Origin: Bacteroidota bacterium
GTDB lineage: Bacteria > Bacteroidota > Bacteroidia > Flavobacteriales_E > Vicingaceae
Assembly: GCA_016183805.1 (NCBI GenBank)
Contig: JACPDX010000034.1
Span: 1,122 to 65,121 of the forward strand
Reading direction: 5' to 3'
DNA length: 64,000 nucleotides
Made by a program: the position numbers and the translations under genes. The notes beneath the pieces were generated by a model, which made no database searches, was not told where the DNA came from, and saw only the letters and a list, made by a program, of their open reading frames with translations. Each line of letters begins with the position of its first letter. Position 1 is the stretch's first letter. This document shows, piece after piece, positions 21,239 to 30,838 of this stretch.

Positions 21239-24200
21239 ATGAAAAACCAACGTAATAATACTACCAAACTTGTTTTAGCATGTGTTGCATTACTTGCTTT
21301 TGGTTCGCTTCATGCACGTATGGCGAATAATAATACCAATGGAAATGGAAATAAAGGTGGTGGCAACAATCCAACACCTACGGCTGGTTGTTCTCCGGCA
21401 GTTGCATTGGCATCGCTTGAATTTAACAATGTTAGAGCCAGAATCGATGCTACCGGAGGTAGTATGTTTCAAGACAGAGCTAACAGTATTGCTGCTTATA
21501 ATGTTCCTAAACAGAATTCAGAAAACGATCCCTTATATACAGCTTTGTATGCCGGTTCATTGTGGATTGGTGGTGTTGATGCTGCAGGACAATTAAAAGT
21601 AGCTGCCGTAACTTTTAGAAGTGGTGGTGCTAATGATTTTTGGCCCGGTCCTTTGGATAATACTGCAGAAGTTGATGCAAACACTTGCGAAGTTTTTGAC
21701 CAATTTTTTGGAATTTCTCGTCCTATGGTTAACGAATTTGTAGCTTGGTTTGCCGACAAAGATGCTTACCCTGATTACCAAATACCTGCTGCCATTTTAA
21801 ATTATCCGGCTAGAGGAAATACGGTAAAAAAGAAACAATATGCATATTATGTGGCTGATCAATTAGCTCCTTTTGTTGATGTTGATGGAGATACTTATTA
21901 TGACCCTGCTCAAGGCGATTATCCTTGGTACGATTTAAAAGGAACTAACGATTGTAGAACAAACAGAGAAGTCCCTTTGTTTGGAGACACCACCTTATGG
22001 TTTGTATTTAATGACAAAGGAAATACACATTCCGAATCTCAAGGTTTATCCATTGGTATGGAAATTAGAGGTCAAGCCTTTGCTTTTGCTACCAATGACG
22101 AAATTAACAACATGACTTTTTACAATTATGTATTGATTAACCGATCGAATTTCACCTTTCAAAATACCTATTTTGGGCAATGGATTGATGCGGATTTAGG
22201 TAATTCTGGTGATGATTTTGTGGGTTGTGATGCGTCCAGAGGTTTAGGATATTGTTACAATGGTGATGCTAATGATGAAGATGCGAATGGTGTTACCGGT
22301 TATGGCTCTACACCACCTTATATTGGTGTTGATTTTTTTGAAGGTCCTTACATGGATAATGATGGAATTGATAACCCATTAACAACAGATATACCAACGG
22401 CAATAGCCCAAAATGGGATTCCTTATGCCGGTTTAGGTATTGGTTATGGTGATGGTATTATTGATAATGAACGTTACGGAATGCGTAAATTTGTTTATTA
22501 TAATAATGGTGGTCCTGCCGTTAGTGCAGACCCTAATAATGCAGCTGAATATTATAATTATTTACGTGGGATATGGCTTGCTGGCGGTGGCAACATGACA
22601 TGGGGAGGTGATGGTATTCCTGCAAATAATAATAGTAATATTCAAGCAGACTTAATGTTTCCGGGAGAATCCGACCCGTTGAATTGGAGTACAAAAGGTG
22701 AGCCTGTTCCTCCAGGTACTGAAGATTGGACTGAGTCTAGTGTACCTAATAATCCTGCTGATAGGCGTTTTATTCAATCGGCAGGTCCGTTTGAGTTGAC
22801 ACCTGGTGCGGTTAATAACATTACTGTTGGAGTGGTTTTTGCTAGAGCTTTAAGTGGGAATAACCTTTCTTCATTAACCTACCTACAGGTAGCAGATGAT
22901 AAAGCACAAGCTTTGTTCGACAATTGTTTTAGAATTTTAGAAGGCCCCAATGCACCTGATGTTACCATTCAGGAATTAGAAAATGAATTGATTTTATTTT
23001 TATCGAATAATAACCCCATTTCTAACAATTACAAAGAGGGAGCCAACCTTAAAGACCCCTTTATTTCTATTCCGGATACCTTGGATGGTGTGTATCAAGG
23101 CACTGATGAAGATAAGGATACGTTGAAATATTATAAGTTTCAAGGTTATCAGGTTTATCAAATTAAAAACACCAATGTTTCTGTTAGTCAATTAACTGAC
23201 CCTAGTTTATCCCGTTTAATTGCTCAGGTCGATATCAACGATAACATTGGACAAATTGTTAATTACACTTACGATGTATCAATCAATGCAAATGTTCCAA
23301 AAGAAATGGTGAATGGGAAAAACGCAGGAATTAATCATTCTTTTAGAATAACAGAGGATGCTTTTTCTACCAGTACCAATAAAAAATTGGTGAATCATAA
23401 AACCTATCATTTTATTGCTATTGCTTATGCGTATAACAATTGGAAAACTATAGATCCTCAATATTTTGCTGCCGGTGGCCAGTTAAAACCATATTTGGCA
23501 AGTAGAACAAGTTCTACAGGAGGGGGTATTCGATCATATTCAGGAATACCTCACAGTCCAAAACCAACCAATGGGGGTACTATTTTGAACTCAGATTATG
23601 GCGATATGCCTGAAATTACCAGAATTGAAGGTGCCGGTAATGGAGGATTGGTTTTAGAATTAACCTCAGCTTCAGAAGTTCAAATTGTTTCAGCTAACTT
23701 TATGGATTATCCGGTTTACCAAGCTGGTTATGGTCCACTTGAAGTAAAAGTAATTGACCCGTTGAATGTTAAAAAAGGAACCTATTATCTACAATTTTTA
23801 GATACAACTACAGCTCCTGTAGGTGTTAATCCGTTAGATGATGCTTATTGGAGAATGATAAATGGCTCGGATACCACTTATTCCGAGAGAAACATTGGTT
23901 TTAGAAATGAACAATTGTTTAGTGATTTAGGTTTTTCAGTTACTTTAAGCCAAACTACCTCTCCTGGTGTTGAAACTAGTGTGGGTGAAAACAATGGATT
24001 TATTTCTACTACTATTTCTTATGCTAATCCTTTAAAACCATGGCTATCAGGTGTTTTTGATGCTGATGCTGCTAATGATTTGAATTGGATAAGATCTGGT
24101 ATACAAAGTTTTTATCAGGCACCAGTTGGTGGAGACCCTGGTTTCCCAAAAGATTATGATGATGCTGGAGATTATATCGTAGCAGATTCTATAACCATTT

Positions 24201-25438
24201 TTTATGATCCGGAACAAAAGTTTGAAAATATGTTGAACGGTACTTGGGCTCCGTATCGATTGGTATCTACAGTGGTGATAGGAAATAACAAACCTATTTC
24301 TAGGATAAAAAATGCTCCTGGGATTGTTGATCATTTCGTTTCTGGGGCTACATCAAACTATTTTACGACAGTTACACATGCTTCATCTAAATTAGCCAAT
24401 TCAGAATCAGTTGATATTGTTTTTACCAATGATCAAAGTAAATGGACTCGTTGTGTAGTTTTTGAGACAGGTAGCGATAAAAATGCAGTAGAAGGAAATG
24501 TGGCCTATTTTTCAAAACGATTTGCCGCCAATGTGGATAAAAATGGCAACCCTGATAGTACATTAAATCCATTAGGAGCTACAGGAAATGGTATGAGTTG
24601 GTTTCCTGGTTATGCCATTAATGTGGAAACCGGTGAACGTTTAAACATGGCATTTGGTGAAGACAGTAAATACATCAATTTTAACGGTAGAGACATGAAA
24701 TGGAATCCAACTGCTGATTATTATAAATGGGATACTATTAATATGGTGTTAGACACGGTTCTTGGTGCAAGGCATTATACCTACGTATTTAATACCAGAT
24801 ATGATGAATGTAAAAAGTTAGACAGTTTGTTGTCTTTATCTAGACCATCGCCTATTAGTAGTCCTTCTACTGCTCAAGGAAAAACTCAAAAATACATTGC
24901 AGAATCAGCGATGTGGGTAGGTTTTCCTGTGGTTGCTGGTGGTCAATCGTTACTATCAAATGATGCGAGAATAAAAATTAGAGTTACAACACCTTATAAA
25001 AATTTAACTACAGCAAACACTGCTAATCCAACAACTTTTGGTAACAGTCAGCGACCCATGTACATGTTTACGATGGATGCGTTTGCTGCTGAAACTGGTG
25101 ATGCCACGGCTGCAAAAGAAGTATTGGATATGATTAAGGCGGTACCTAATCCTTATTATGCATATTCGGAATACGAAAATGATAAATTCGACAACAGAAT
25201 TAAAATAACAAATTTACCGGAGAACTGTACCATTTCAATTTACAACGTTGGTGGTACCTTAATGAGAAGATATGTTAAAGGAGATTCCAAAACGAGTTTA
25301 GATTGGGATTTAAAAAATCACGCAGGTATTCCTGTCGCCGGAGGAGTTTATCTTATCCATATTGAAATACCGGATGTAGGCGAAACGGTTATCAAATGGT
25401 TTGGAGTTGCCAGACCAACAGATTTGAATGGATTGTAA
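21239..25438 (+). CDS. Large T9SS cargo protein with type-A C-terminal sorting domain
   Basis: Signal peptide, N/G-rich linker, Dx[DN]xD motifs, CTD VPNPYY...ISIYNVGGTLMR...WDLKNHAGIPVAGGVYLIHI. Confidence 0.82.
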   Translation: MKNQRNNTTKLVLACVALLAFGSLHARMANNNTNGNGNKGGGNNPTPTAGCSPAVALASLEFNNVRARIDATGGSMFQDRANSIAAYNVPKQNSENDPLYTALYAGSLWIGGVDAAGQLKVAAVTFRSGGANDFWPGPLDNTAEVDANTCEVFDQFFGISRPMVNEFVAWFADKDAYPDYQIPAAILNYPARGNTVKKKQYAYYVADQLAPFVDVDGDTYYDPAQGDYPWYDLKGTNDCRTNREVPLFGDTTLWFVFNDKGNTHSESQGLSIGMEIRGQAFAFATNDEINNMTFYNYVLINRSNFTFQNTYFGQWIDADLGNSGDDFVGCDASRGLGYCYNGDANDEDANGVTGYGSTPPYIGVDFFEGPYMDNDGIDNPLTTDIPTAIAQNGIPYAGLGIGYGDGIIDNERYGMRKFVYYNNGGPAVSADPNNAAEYYNYLRGIWLAGGGNMTWGGDGIPANNNSNIQADLMFPGESDPLNWSTKGEPVPPGTEDWTESSVPNNPADRRFIQSAGPFELTPGAVNNITVGVVFARALSGNNLSSLTYLQVADDKAQALFDNCFRILEGPNAPDVTIQELENELILFLSNNNPISNNYKEGANLKDPFISIPDTLDGVYQGTDEDKDTLKYYKFQGYQVYQIKNTNVSVSQLTDPSLSRLIAQVDINDNIGQIVNYTYDVSINANVPKEMVNGKNAGINHSFRITEDAFSTSTNKKLVNHKTYHFIAIAYAYNNWKTIDPQYFAAGGQLKPYLASRTSSTGGGIRSYSGIPHSPKPTNGGTILNSDYGDMPEITRIEGAGNGGLVLELTSASEVQIVSANFMDYPVYQAGYGPLEVKVIDPLNVKKGTYYLQFLDTTTAPVGVNPLDDAYWRMINGSDTTYSERNIGFRNEQLFSDLGFSVTLSQTTSPGVETSVGENNGFISTTISYANPLKPWLSGVFDADAANDLNWIRSGIQSFYQAPVGGDPGFPKDYDDAGDYIVADSITIFYDPEQKFENMLNGTWAPYRLVSTVVIGNNKPISRIKNAPGIVDHFVSGATSNYFTTVTHASSKLANSESVDIVFTNDQSKWTRCVVFETGSDKNAVEGNVAYFSKRFAANVDKNGNPDSTLNPLGATGNGMSWFPGYAINVETGERLNMAFGEDSKYINFNGRDMKWNPTADYYKWDTINMVLDTVLGARHYTYVFNTRYDECKKLDSLLSLSRPSPISSPSTAQGKTQKYIAESAMWVGFPVVAGGQSLLSNDARIKIRVTTPYKNLTTANTANPTTFGNSQRPMYMFTMDAFAAETGDATAAKEVLDMIKAVPNPYYAYSEYENDKFDNRIKITNLPENCTISIYNVGGTLMRRYVKGDSKTSLDWDLKNHAGIPVAGGVYLIHIEIPDVGETVIKWFGVARPTDLNGL

Positions 25439-25441
25439 AAA

Positions 25442-25497
25442 GTGACAAGGGACTGGGGACAAGAAACTAGAAACCAGTAGCTAAAAACTAAAAACTT
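25442..25497 (+). repeat. Degenerate heptamer tandem array
   Basis: GTGACAA GGGACTG GGGACAA GAAACTA GAAACCA GTAGCTA AAAACTA AAAACTT. Confidence 0.6.
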
Positions 25498-25512
25498 AAA
25501 AAAGGTTTGAAT

Positions 25513-26554
25513 ATGAAGAATATTAGAATTGTAATAACGCTATTTTTTGCAGGATTAACTGCCACGACGTCAGTTTTTGCCGGAAATGAAGACAGAGCTG
25601 GTGAGGCAGGAGCTTCACAATTACTAATTAATCCATGGGTTAGAAGTGTGGGTTTTGGAGGTGCAAATACTGCATCAGCTATTGGCTTAGAAGCTATGAA
25701 TTTGAATATTGCCGGAATGGCTTTTACCAAAAAAACAGAAGTAATGTTTTCCAATAAAACTTGGTTAAAAGGAAGTAATACTTTCGTTAATTCATTTGGT
25801 TTAACTCAAAAAGTTAGTGAAACAGGTGTTTTAGGTGTTTCTATTATGTCTATGGATTTTGGCGACTTAGATGTTACCACAGTTGACTTACCGGAAGGTG
25901 ACGGAAGTACTTTTTCACCGAGTTATTTGAATTTTGATATAGCTTATGCTAAGAAGTTTTCTAACAGTATTTCGGGTGGTCTTGTTGTTAAAGTGATTAC
26001 TGAATCTATTTCAAATATTAGCAGTACAGGTGTTGCCTTTAATGCCGGTGTTAAATACGTTACCGGCGAAAACGACCGTATTAAATTTGGAATTTCCTTA
26101 AATAATGTTGGACCATCTATGCAGTCAACAGGTGAAGGATTGTCTTTTACAAATGTTGACATAAATACAGGTATTACATCAACTCAGCAACGTAAATCGG
26201 CAACTTATCAGTTACCTTCATTATTAAACATTGGTGCTACTTACGATTTTTATGTTGCTGCTGTTAAAGATTCTGCTTCTAATCAGATTAAAGCTAATCA
26301 TAGAATTACTCTTGCTGGTAACTTTACTGCAAATTCGTTTACTAAAGACCAATACCGACTTGGTTTAGAATATGGGTTTAGAAATATGTTTATGGTCAGA
26401 GCAGGTTATGTACTGGAGAGTACAACATGGTTTGATTCAAATTTAAGAACTTCTGCATATACCGGACCTGCTTTTGGAGGTTCATTAATTGCACCTCTTG
26501 GAAAATGAACGTTTTTCCGGAACACACAGTATTGGTATCCGTTTAGATTTATAA
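25513..26554 (+). pseudogene. PorV-family outer-membrane barrel, frameshifted near 26506
   Basis: GNEDRAGEAGASQLLINPWVRSVGFGGA and GLEAMNLNIAG are PorV-like; TGA at 26506-26508, while the family-like terminal strand FSGTHSIGIRLDL* continues in the +1 frame to 26554. Confidence 0.75.
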
Positions 26555-26579
26555 TAGAATTTATATAAATAAATTATAA

Positions 26580-26609
26580 AAGAGAACCCGGCGACGGATT
26601 CTCTTTTTT
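26580..26609 (+). terminator. Intrinsic terminator ending the receptor-cargo-PorV operon
   Basis: AGAGAACCCG-GCGA-CGGATTCTCT plus T run. Confidence 0.75.
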
Positions 26610-26630
26610 CGCTTTAAAACCCTTAGAGTT

Positions 26631-27104
26631 ATGGCACAAATTAATTACTATACCGAAGATGGTCTAAAAAAATTGAATGAAGAGTTAGATCAATTAAAAA
26701 ATGTTGAAAGGGCTAGTGTTTCTGCACAAATTGCTGAAGCAAGAGACAAAGGAGATTTATCAGAAAATGCTGAATATGATGCAGCAAAAGAAGCACAAGG
26801 ACTTTTAGAATTAAAAATATCTAAATTGGAAGCCATTGTTGCTAATGCACGGGTAATTGATGAATCACAATTAGATACTTCAAAAGCCTTGATATTTTCT
26901 AAAGTGAAGATTAAAAATATTGCCAATAAAATGGTGATGGAATATACCTTGGTTTCTGAAAAAGAAGCTAATTTAAAAGAAAAAAGAATTTCTGTCGATT
27001 CGCCTATTGGAAATAGTTTGTTGGGTAAATCGGTTGGTGATGTGGTTGAAGTTAAAGTTCCTACAGGGAAAGTTAATTTCGAAATTTTAGAAATTTCCAG
27101 ATAA
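26631..27104 (+). CDS. greA: Transcription elongation factor GreA
   Basis: EARDKGDLSENAEYDAAKE, ISVDSPIG. Confidence 0.97.
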   Translation: MAQINYYTEDGLKKLNEELDQLKNVERASVSAQIAEARDKGDLSENAEYDAAKEAQGLLELKISKLEAIVANARVIDESQLDTSKALIFSKVKIKNIANKMVMEYTLVSEKEANLKEKRISVDSPIGNSLLGKSVGDVVEVKVPTGKVNFEILEISR

Positions 27105-27487
27105 TGCAACCTTCTATTTTTACTAAAATTATTACTAAAGAAATTCCTGCCTACATCATTGATGAAAGTGATGATTTTATTGCTTTTTTAGATGTCTTTC
27201 CTTTGGCTAAAGGTCATGTTTTAGTGGTTCCTAAAAAACAAGTAGATTATATTTTTGATTTAGAACCGGCAATTTATTCCGGTTTATGGTTATTTGCTAA
27301 CACCATTGCAAAAAGATTGCAAAAAGCAATTCCTTGTAAACGTGTTGGAATTGCTGTTATTGGACTAGAAGTACCTCACGCACATGTTCATTTAATCCCG
27401 CTTCAATCTGTTGAGGACATTAATTTTACTAGATCCAAGTTAACATTAACCAAAGAAGAGTTTGAGGAGCTGACGATGATTATTTAG
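27104..27487 (+). CDS. HIT-family hydrolase
   Basis: SIFTKII, PLAKGHVLVVPK, histidine triad VPHAHVHLIP. Confidence 0.93.
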   Translation: MQPSIFTKIITKEIPAYIIDESDDFIAFLDVFPLAKGHVLVVPKKQVDYIFDLEPAIYSGLWLFANTIAKRLQKAIPCKRVGIAVIGLEVPHAHVHLIPLQSVEDINFTRSKLTLTKEEFEELTMII

Positions 27488-27617
27488 GTTTCATTATTTA
27501 TTCAATTTTTTTTCTTATTAGATCCAAAATAATCCAAATGAGTCTTTTTTTTACCCTTTTTCGTCTAAAAAACACTTGTTTTTAGAAACCTAAAATGCAC
27601 AAAAAGCATCGTTTTTG

Positions 27618-27647
27618 ACACAAAACTGGTCAAATACATACCGTTAA
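27618..27647 (+). promoter_or_regulatory. Bipartite motif ACACAAAAC-N13-ACCGTTAA, copy 2
   Basis: Matches 17284-17313; extra CACAAAA half 21 bp upstream (27598-27604). Confidence 0.6.
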
Positions 27648-27733
27648 AAAGAAAAATTGAACATTGCTTTTATTTGCTTTTTTCGTGATATAATATTGTA
27701 TTTAATTATTAATCTTTAAAAAACAATATTATT

Positions 27734-30211
27734 ATGAAAACAAAATCTTTTTTCATGCTTTTTTTAGTATTCTTTCTAACAAAAAGTATGGTCTCTCAAA
27801 ACCCTGTATGGTCATTACCTCCTTACTATCTAGATAATTTAAATAATCTAAATTTATTACCAAGCTTTGGAGTGTATTCTGGACAACAAGCTGAAATAAC
27901 TCATAATTCGTATGCAGATGCAAATGGCAATATCCTTTTTTTTATTGTTGATGATATGCTTTATACAGATAATGGGGCTTTTCCACTTATCTTTTCGAGT
28001 CAATCAAAATTTACTATGGGTACAGAGGTTATGATTGTTCCTTTTGAAAATGATTGTAATAAATTTTATTTATTTTATAGCCTCGCTATGTCAGGTTCGC
28101 CGAGCACTGGTTTTAATAAATTTACGCCGATTTATGGAATACTGAACCTAAATGATAATGGATACCCTTCATTTTCAGGCCCTGATTTCCTGGTAAATAT
28201 TCCTTCTACTAATTATAGTGATTTTAATTATGGTTTTGAAATAGATAAGAGCTCTGAACCTACTAATGCTACGACAACATTAAATATGAATAATGAAAGG
28301 TTTGTTTTTTTTCAATTAAAAACCAAAGTATTAACTTATAAAATTACTTCAACTGGGCTTTTTTATGTCGGTGTTATTGATATGCCCTACTATAGAAATG
28401 GAAATTGTATGGGAGAAATGGAAGTAGTAGAATTAGCGAGTTCATATCGTCTAGCATATAGTTTTAGAATTGTTATTAATCCTCTTAATCAACAATTACC
28501 AATAACTGCCTATGCAATGATCACTTATTTAGATATAGATAAAAATACAGGACTGGAAATACCATCTTCAAAATATACCATTTCTTATCCAGAAGATAAT
28601 AATCAACCTGTTAATAATAAGGTATATATTCATGGAATAGAGTTGACTCCAGATGGTAACCTTTATATTTCGCACAGTCAATCAACATTAACACCTGGTA
28701 TTATTGATTTTTTCAATATAAATTCACCAACTTTACCAATTCTACCTGTTTCCAATATTCCATTAATCGATGCTTTAGATTTTCAAAACTCTCAAATAGA
28801 ATATAAAAATAATAAACTCTATTTTGTTTGTGGTAATCGTTTAGCGACATATGATATCATATTAGATGACTGGAATAATAATGAAAAATCACTTGGATTT
28901 GTCTATAACCCAGTTTTTGCTACACAGATATGGAAAAAAACATTTCTCTTAATAGACCAAATAGATGGTATGGATTATAGTGCAATTGCTAATATTGGTG
29001 TTTCGGTGACTGGAAATACCAATTTTTGTGCTGGAGATGCATTAACATTTAACGGTTCTATTACACAAGGTTATGCTACTGGTTATTTTTGGGAAATAGC
29101 AGAGTCTGACGCTCAAGGAGTTCCAACAACTAATGGATATGTGTGGAGTCAATCATATACAGGTAGCCCATCAGGTTCGTTTACTTTTCCAACCTTACCA
29201 TTAGTTTGTGGTAAATTTTATAAAATAAAACTAGCTGCATATAATGAATGTAACCCTTGGTCAGAAACAAATTTGGTAATTAAAATTAATTGTTTACCAA
29301 CGGTTAATTCAAATAATATAACTTTATGTGCTAATGACCCTAATCCTTTATTAACAAGCGGGCATGGGAAAGGGTATACTTATAGTTGGACTATGTCCCC
29401 ATCTACTACTGTTGTTGGTACTACTTCAAACTTGCAACTTCCAATAGCAGGTCAATCCTCTCCTGAAGGAACATATTGTGTAGAGGTTACCCAAAATTCA
29501 ACAGGTTGTTCTAATACAGGTTGTTCAACGGTACAATATGACCCAAGATTGAATAATACCCCATATTTTGAACAAAATGTGACTTGTGTTAGTGGTGATA
29601 ATTCAATTACTGTTAGTGTTACGGTAAGTGGACTTAATGGTTATGTACCCCAAAATATGGTAAATGTTTTTTATTTATATCATTATAATACATCAACATC
29701 AGCGTGGGAATATACTAACCAAGCTTATTGGGACTTTAATAATTCTACAACTTTTGTTTTTGGCGGACCAACTAGCTCTCTCGGTTTTACCATGATTCAA
29801 GGTGAAACATATTTTATTCAAAGGGGAATAGGAAGTTATCCAGATAACTGTTTACCTACAGTTTATTTTATAGGTAATTCAATTAATTGTACTGCAAAAG
29901 GATTATCACCTAAATCGTACAAAATTTCTGAAGAAGAATTACAATCACTTAATATAAATCATGATTTATTTAGTCAGCTCAAAATCAATATTTATCCAAA
30001 TCCATCAACGGGTAATTTTACGTTATCACTTAATCAAGAAGTTGAAAATGGAACTGTTCAAGTATTGGATTATATTGGTAAAATAATTTTAGAAAAAAAT
30101 AGTTTAGAAAGTAACATGAATATTGATATTTCAAGTATGCCTTCGGGTTTATATTTTGTAAAAGTGGTTTCTGCTAACGGTATTAGCATGGAAAAACTAA
30201 TCAAGAATTAA
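27734..30211 (+). CDS. T9SS type-A cargo with propeller-like N-half and Cys-containing Ig/PKD-like repeats
   Basis: Signal peptide; canonical CTD INIYPNPSTGNFT...LDYIGK...MPSGLYFVKV...EKLIKN. Confidence 0.88.
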   Translation: MKTKSFFMLFLVFFLTKSMVSQNPVWSLPPYYLDNLNNLNLLPSFGVYSGQQAEITHNSYADANGNILFFIVDDMLYTDNGAFPLIFSSQSKFTMGTEVMIVPFENDCNKFYLFYSLAMSGSPSTGFNKFTPIYGILNLNDNGYPSFSGPDFLVNIPSTNYSDFNYGFEIDKSSEPTNATTTLNMNNERFVFFQLKTKVLTYKITSTGLFYVGVIDMPYYRNGNCMGEMEVVELASSYRLAYSFRIVINPLNQQLPITAYAMITYLDIDKNTGLEIPSSKYTISYPEDNNQPVNNKVYIHGIELTPDGNLYISHSQSTLTPGIIDFFNINSPTLPILPVSNIPLIDALDFQNSQIEYKNNKLYFVCGNRLATYDIILDDWNNNEKSLGFVYNPVFATQIWKKTFLLIDQIDGMDYSAIANIGVSVTGNTNFCAGDALTFNGSITQGYATGYFWEIAESDAQGVPTTNGYVWSQSYTGSPSGSFTFPTLPLVCGKFYKIKLAAYNECNPWSETNLVIKINCLPTVNSNNITLCANDPNPLLTSGHGKGYTYSWTMSPSTTVVGTTSNLQLPIAGQSSPEGTYCVEVTQNSTGCSNTGCSTVQYDPRLNNTPYFEQNVTCVSGDNSITVSVTVSGLNGYVPQNMVNVFYLYHYNTSTSAWEYTNQAYWDFNNSTTFVFGGPTSSLGFTMIQGETYFIQRGIGSYPDNCLPTVYFIGNSINCTAKGLSPKSYKISEEELQSLNINHDLFSQLKINIYPNPSTGNFTLSLNQEVENGTVQVLDYIGKIILEKNSLESNMNIDISSMPSGLYFVKVVSANGISMEKLIKN

Positions 30212-30232
30212 GTTTAGTTTAGTGTTTTTTGT

Positions 30233-30268
30233 AAACAAAGGTTCAGCATTGCTGAGCCTTTGTTTTTT
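30233..30268. terminator. Bidirectional terminator between cargo gene and ruvC
   Basis: AAACAAAGGTTCAGCA / TGCTGAGCCTTTGTTT. Confidence 0.8.
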
Positions 30269-30824
30269 ATTTAAGATTTGCTTTTTTAGGATTCTGAGTA
30301 ACATAAGCTTTCCATCCACTATAGCTTTTTTCACCACTTGTTGCATTTTTTTGAAAAGAATGACATAAAGCGACTGCTAAACCATCGGTAGCATCTAGGT
30401 GTTTAGGCAGAGTTTTAATTTTAAGTAAAGAAACCAACATGGCAGCAACCTGTTCTTTTGATGAAGTTCCTTTACCGGTAATGGATTGTTTTATTTTACG
30501 TGGAGAATATTCGAAAACAGGAATGTTTTTTGAAAGGGCAACAGCGATGGATATACCTTGTGCCCTCCCAAGTTTGAGCATCGATTGGGCATTTTTTCCT
30601 AAAAATGGAGCTTCAATAGCAACTTCATCAGGTTTATATTCGGTTATTAAATAATCGGTGCGTTCGAAAATTTTTTGTAGTTTTAAGAAATGAGTTTCCA
30701 ATTTCTTTAATTCGATTGAACCCATTGCAATTAATTCAACTTTGTTATTTTTGACATGAATAATTCCATAACCCATAATGAGTGTTCCCGGGTCAATTCC
30801 TAATATAATTTTATCTTTAACCAA
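30267..30824 (-). CDS. ruvC: Holliday junction resolvase RuvC
   Basis: ILGIDPG, VAIEAPF, KLGRAQG, GKGTSSKEQV, DATDGLAVA; TTG 30824 preferred start. Confidence 0.95.
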   Translation of the reverse strand: MVKDKIILGIDPGTLIMGYGIIHVKNNKVELIAMGSIELKKLETHFLKLQKIFERTDYLITEYKPDEVAIEAPFLGKNAQSMLKLGRAQGISIAVALSKNIPVFEYSPRKIKQSITGKGTSSKEQVAAMLVSLLKIKTLPKHLDATDGLAVALCHSFQKNATSGEKSYSGWKAYVTQNPKKANLK

Positions 30825-30838
30825 AAAAAGTGTTTTAG

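Noticed and set aside
26506-26570. UGA readthrough or alternative genetic code rescuing the PorV-like gene
   Set aside because: In-frame continuation (TFFRNTQYWY...) is not family-like, the expected terminus is in the +1 frame, and TGA is a normal stop elsewhere (e.g. M61 gene)
27593-27602. AAATGCACAA matching the MITE right TIR
   Set aside because: Only 10 bp, lacks the GGGT end and a partner TIR; it overlaps the upstream half-site of the bipartite motif
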